64,000 bases of DNA from an uncultured delta proteobacterium. Its GTDB lineage: Bacteria; Desulfobacterota; WTBG01. The notes below the pieces were generated by a model. That model ran no database searches, was not told where the DNA came from, and was given only the letters and a program-made list of their open reading frames with translations. Position numbers and translations under genes: made by a program. The stretch spans positions 96,001 to 160,000 of the forward strand of contig CAWCBP010000008.1 in NCBI GenBank assembly GCA_963793865.1, given 5' to 3'. This document shows, one piece after another, positions 60,561 to 64,000 of this stretch (within the stretch, counting starts at the first letter, position 1; each line of letters begins with the position of its first letter).

Positions 60561-61445
60561 CTATCCTGTAATTTGGGTTCCGATGCCGACATCAGTAAAG
60601 ACTTCGAGGAGGATGGCATGCCGTATTCTGCCGTCAATGATGTGCGCCTTTCCCACGCCTTCCTTGAGGGCCTGCAGGCAGCAGCGCACCTTGGGGATCA
60701 TCCCCCCGCTGATCTGCCCCTTTTCTATGAGGCGGCTTGCCTTCTTTTCATCCATGGAGGAGATGAGCTGTCCCCGTTCATCCAGCACCCCCTCGGTGTC
60801 GGTGAGCAGCATCAGCTTTTCCGCCTTGAGGGCGGAGGCGATTTTACCCGCCACGGTATCGGCGTTGATATTGTAGGAACTGCCGTCTTCCCCGCCGCCG
60901 ATGGGGGCGATGATGGGTATGAACCTGCTGCGGTCCAGGGTATCCAGGACCAGGGGATTGACCGCCTGCACCTCCCCCACCAGACCGATGTCACGCGCGC
61001 GCGATGACTTGCCGGAGGCGGAGCGGGTGATGAGCTTCAGCTTTTTGGCGGTGATCAGGTTTCCGTCCTTGCCGCTTAAGCCGACCGCTTTGCCCCCCTG
61101 GCAATTGATCAGGCTCACTATTTCCTTGTTGATTTTGCCCACCAGCACCATTTCCACCACGTCCATGATTTCCGGATCGGTAACCCTCAGGCCGTCGACG
61201 AAGCGGGAGGTTTTGCCCAGCTTCTTCAGCACTTCCTCTATCTGGGGGCCTCCTCCGTGAACCACCACCGGGTTGAGGCCGATGTAGTTCATCAGGGTGA
61301 TGTCCATGGCGAAGCTCTGCTTCAGGGTCTCATCCAGCATGGCGTGACCGCCGTACTTGATGACGATGGTCTTCCCGTAGAAGCGGCGGATGTAGGGCAG
61401 CGCCTCCATTAAAATGGAGGCCTTGTCTATCAGTTTTTGCATCAT
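60561..61445 (-). CDS. argB: Acetylglutamate kinase
   Basis: EALPYI, IKYGG, HGGGPQI, GLRVTD, NINAD, GGMIPK. Confidence 0.97.
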   Translation of the reverse strand: MMQKLIDKASILMEALPYIRRFYGKTIVIKYGGHAMLDETLKQSFAMDITLMNYIGLNPVVVHGGGPQIEEVLKKLGKTSRFVDGLRVTDPEIMDVVEMVLVGKINKEIVSLINCQGGKAVGLSGKDGNLITAKKLKLITRSASGKSSRARDIGLVGEVQAVNPLVLDTLDRSRFIPIIAPIGGGEDGSSYNINADTVAGKIASALKAEKLMLLTDTEGVLDERGQLISSMDEKKASRLIEKGQISGGMIPKVRCCLQALKEGVGKAHIIDGRIRHAILLEVFTDVGIGTQITG

Positions 61446-61469
61446 GTCCGGCCCGTGCCTGAAAGGTTG

Positions 61470-61793
61470 GCAGGTTATTGAAAAAGTAGTTTTCCCCCGC
61501 CTAGCAGGTTGTTGAAAAACACCCATCTGATTTGTGGCTCAAAGGGGGAGGGGCTTTTTAGCCACAACACATGTATTCGGAACCTGTAGAACGGCAGCGA
61601 CTTTCTAACTTTGTCCGACAGACCCGCATGGTAACAGCCGTATCGAAGTCTCCGCAAAGCTGCCTGTCTGCGGTTTAAGTCGTAAGGCACCGGGTCGTGC
61701 CGTAAGCCTAAAGACAAATTGTTGTGGCGTCAAAAGCCCCTCCCCCTTTGAGCCTTTGAACAGCCTGAGGAAAACTACTTTTTCAATAACCTG

Positions 61794-61796
<3 letters not shown>
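61470..61796. mobile_element. Nested MITE-like element B: 26-bp outer TIR, inner ~35-bp IR, conserved core
   Basis: GCAGGTTATTGAAAAAGTAGTTTTCC (61470-61495) / reverse complement (61769-61794); extra left end at 61502; inner IR 61536-61569 / 61720-61754. Confidence 0.8.
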
Positions 61797-63161
<1,365 letters not shown>

Positions 63162-63193
63162 TGCGCTTTCAGTATAGGTACCGTGGGGGCCTG

Positions 63194-63736
63194 CTAGAGT
63201 TCCTCGACGGTAATATGTTCATTGGTGTAAATGCAGATGCCGGAGGCTATCTGCATGGCCTCCGCCACAATTGCCCTGGCATCGAGATCGGAGTATTTCA
63301 CCAGGGCCCGTGCCGCCGCCAGCGCAAAAGCCCCGCCCGAGCCGATGGCGGTAATGCCGTCGTCCGGCTCCACCACGTCACCGGTGCCGGAGATGATCAG
63401 GGAATGCTCCCGGTCCATGACGATGAGCAGCGCCTCGAGCCTTCTGAGCATGCGGTCGGTTCTCCAGTCCTTGGCCAGTTCCACGGCGGCGCGCATGAGA
63501 TTGCCGTGGTGCTGCTCCAGCTTTCCCTCGAAGCGCTCGAAGAGGGTGAAGGCATCCGCGGTGGCGCCGGAAAACCCCGCCAGCACCGAGTCCTTGTAGA
63601 GCTTCCGGATCTTGTTGGCCCTCTGCTTGAGCACCGTGCTGCCGAGGGTCACCTGTCCGTCTCCGCCGATGGCCGCCTTTCCCTTGTGCCGTACCGCAAT
63701 AATGGTCGTTCCCCGAATGCCGGGATGTTCGCTCAT
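63194..63736 (-). CDS. hslV: ATP-dependent protease peptidase subunit
   Basis: TTII, GDGQVT, DAFTLFE, AKDWRTD, IGSGG, ICIYTN. Confidence 0.98.
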   Translation of the reverse strand: MSEHPGIRGTTIIAVRHKGKAAIGGDGQVTLGSTVLKQRANKIRKLYKDSVLAGFSGATADAFTLFERFEGKLEQHHGNLMRAAVELAKDWRTDRMLRRLEALLIVMDREHSLIISGTGDVVEPDDGITAIGSGGAFALAAARALVKYSDLDARAIVAEAMQIASGICIYTNEHITVEEL

Positions 63737-63778
63737 CAGATGCTCCCTCGCCGGGATCAAGCCCCCGGATGTCATGTT

Positions 63779-64000
63779 CTAAGCCTTTTCCCTGCTTTTG
63801 GGATGGGCCTTGTCGTAGGTTTCCATCAGCCTGCTCACGCTCACGTGAGTGTACTTCTGGGTGGTGGAAAGGCTCACGTGTCCCAGCAGCTCCTGGATGG
63901 CCCTCAGGTCGGCCCCCGCGTCGAGCATGTGGGTGGCGAAGGTGTGGCGCAGCGAGTGCGGGCTGATGCTTCTGGCGATGGCGCAGCGCTCAATGTACCG
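63779..64000 (-). CDS. xerC: Tyrosine recombinase XerC, C-terminal part (runs off edge)
   Basis: [41 protein letters not shown]...YDKAHP; xerC-hslVU order. Confidence 0.9.
   Translation of the reverse strand, partial: RYIERCAIARSISPHSLRHTFATHMLDAGADLRAIQELLGHVSLSTTQKYTHVSVSRLMETYDKAHPKSREKA

Noticed and set aside
63779..64000. Prophage or island integrase
   Set aside because: Typical XerC C-terminus in the xerC-hslVU housekeeping order.

Overview
Chromosomal segment of a moderately GC-rich anaerobic bacterium; gene content and order suggest Desulfobacterota/Deltaproteobacteria (inference). Left 10 kb is accessory: end of a Mo-hydroxylase gene, Fe-S flavoprotein, fluoroacetate-dehalogenase-like hydrolase, a TIR-flanked RAYT remnant, a Fic fragment, and an AT-richer island (FxLYD protein, membrane-domain/signal-peptidase fusion lacking the catalytic Ser, AbiEi/AbiEii). 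It ends at a tRNA-Asn 5' exon interrupted at position 35/36 by a 3'-truncated group I intron. Next come korDABC-purC, a sat/AlkP/PHP cluster, and a type II secretion cluster (gspEFGHIJKLM-D plus an inverted gspC-like gene). Beside it lie a ~1100-aa S-layer-like protein and an S8 protease that share a C-terminal ~100-aa domain I cannot name, a candidate T2SS sorting or anchoring signal. The right half is housekeeping (purL/Q, TMTC-like, thiC/thiDN, rodZ, dapA/dapF/lysA, argGFDB, hslUV, xerC). Intergenic DNA holds GTAG-type REPs, RPE-like palindromes and two long hairpin elements with a shared, apparently covarying ~155-nt core. Several single-base frameshifts, one in purL, suggest sequencing indel errors.
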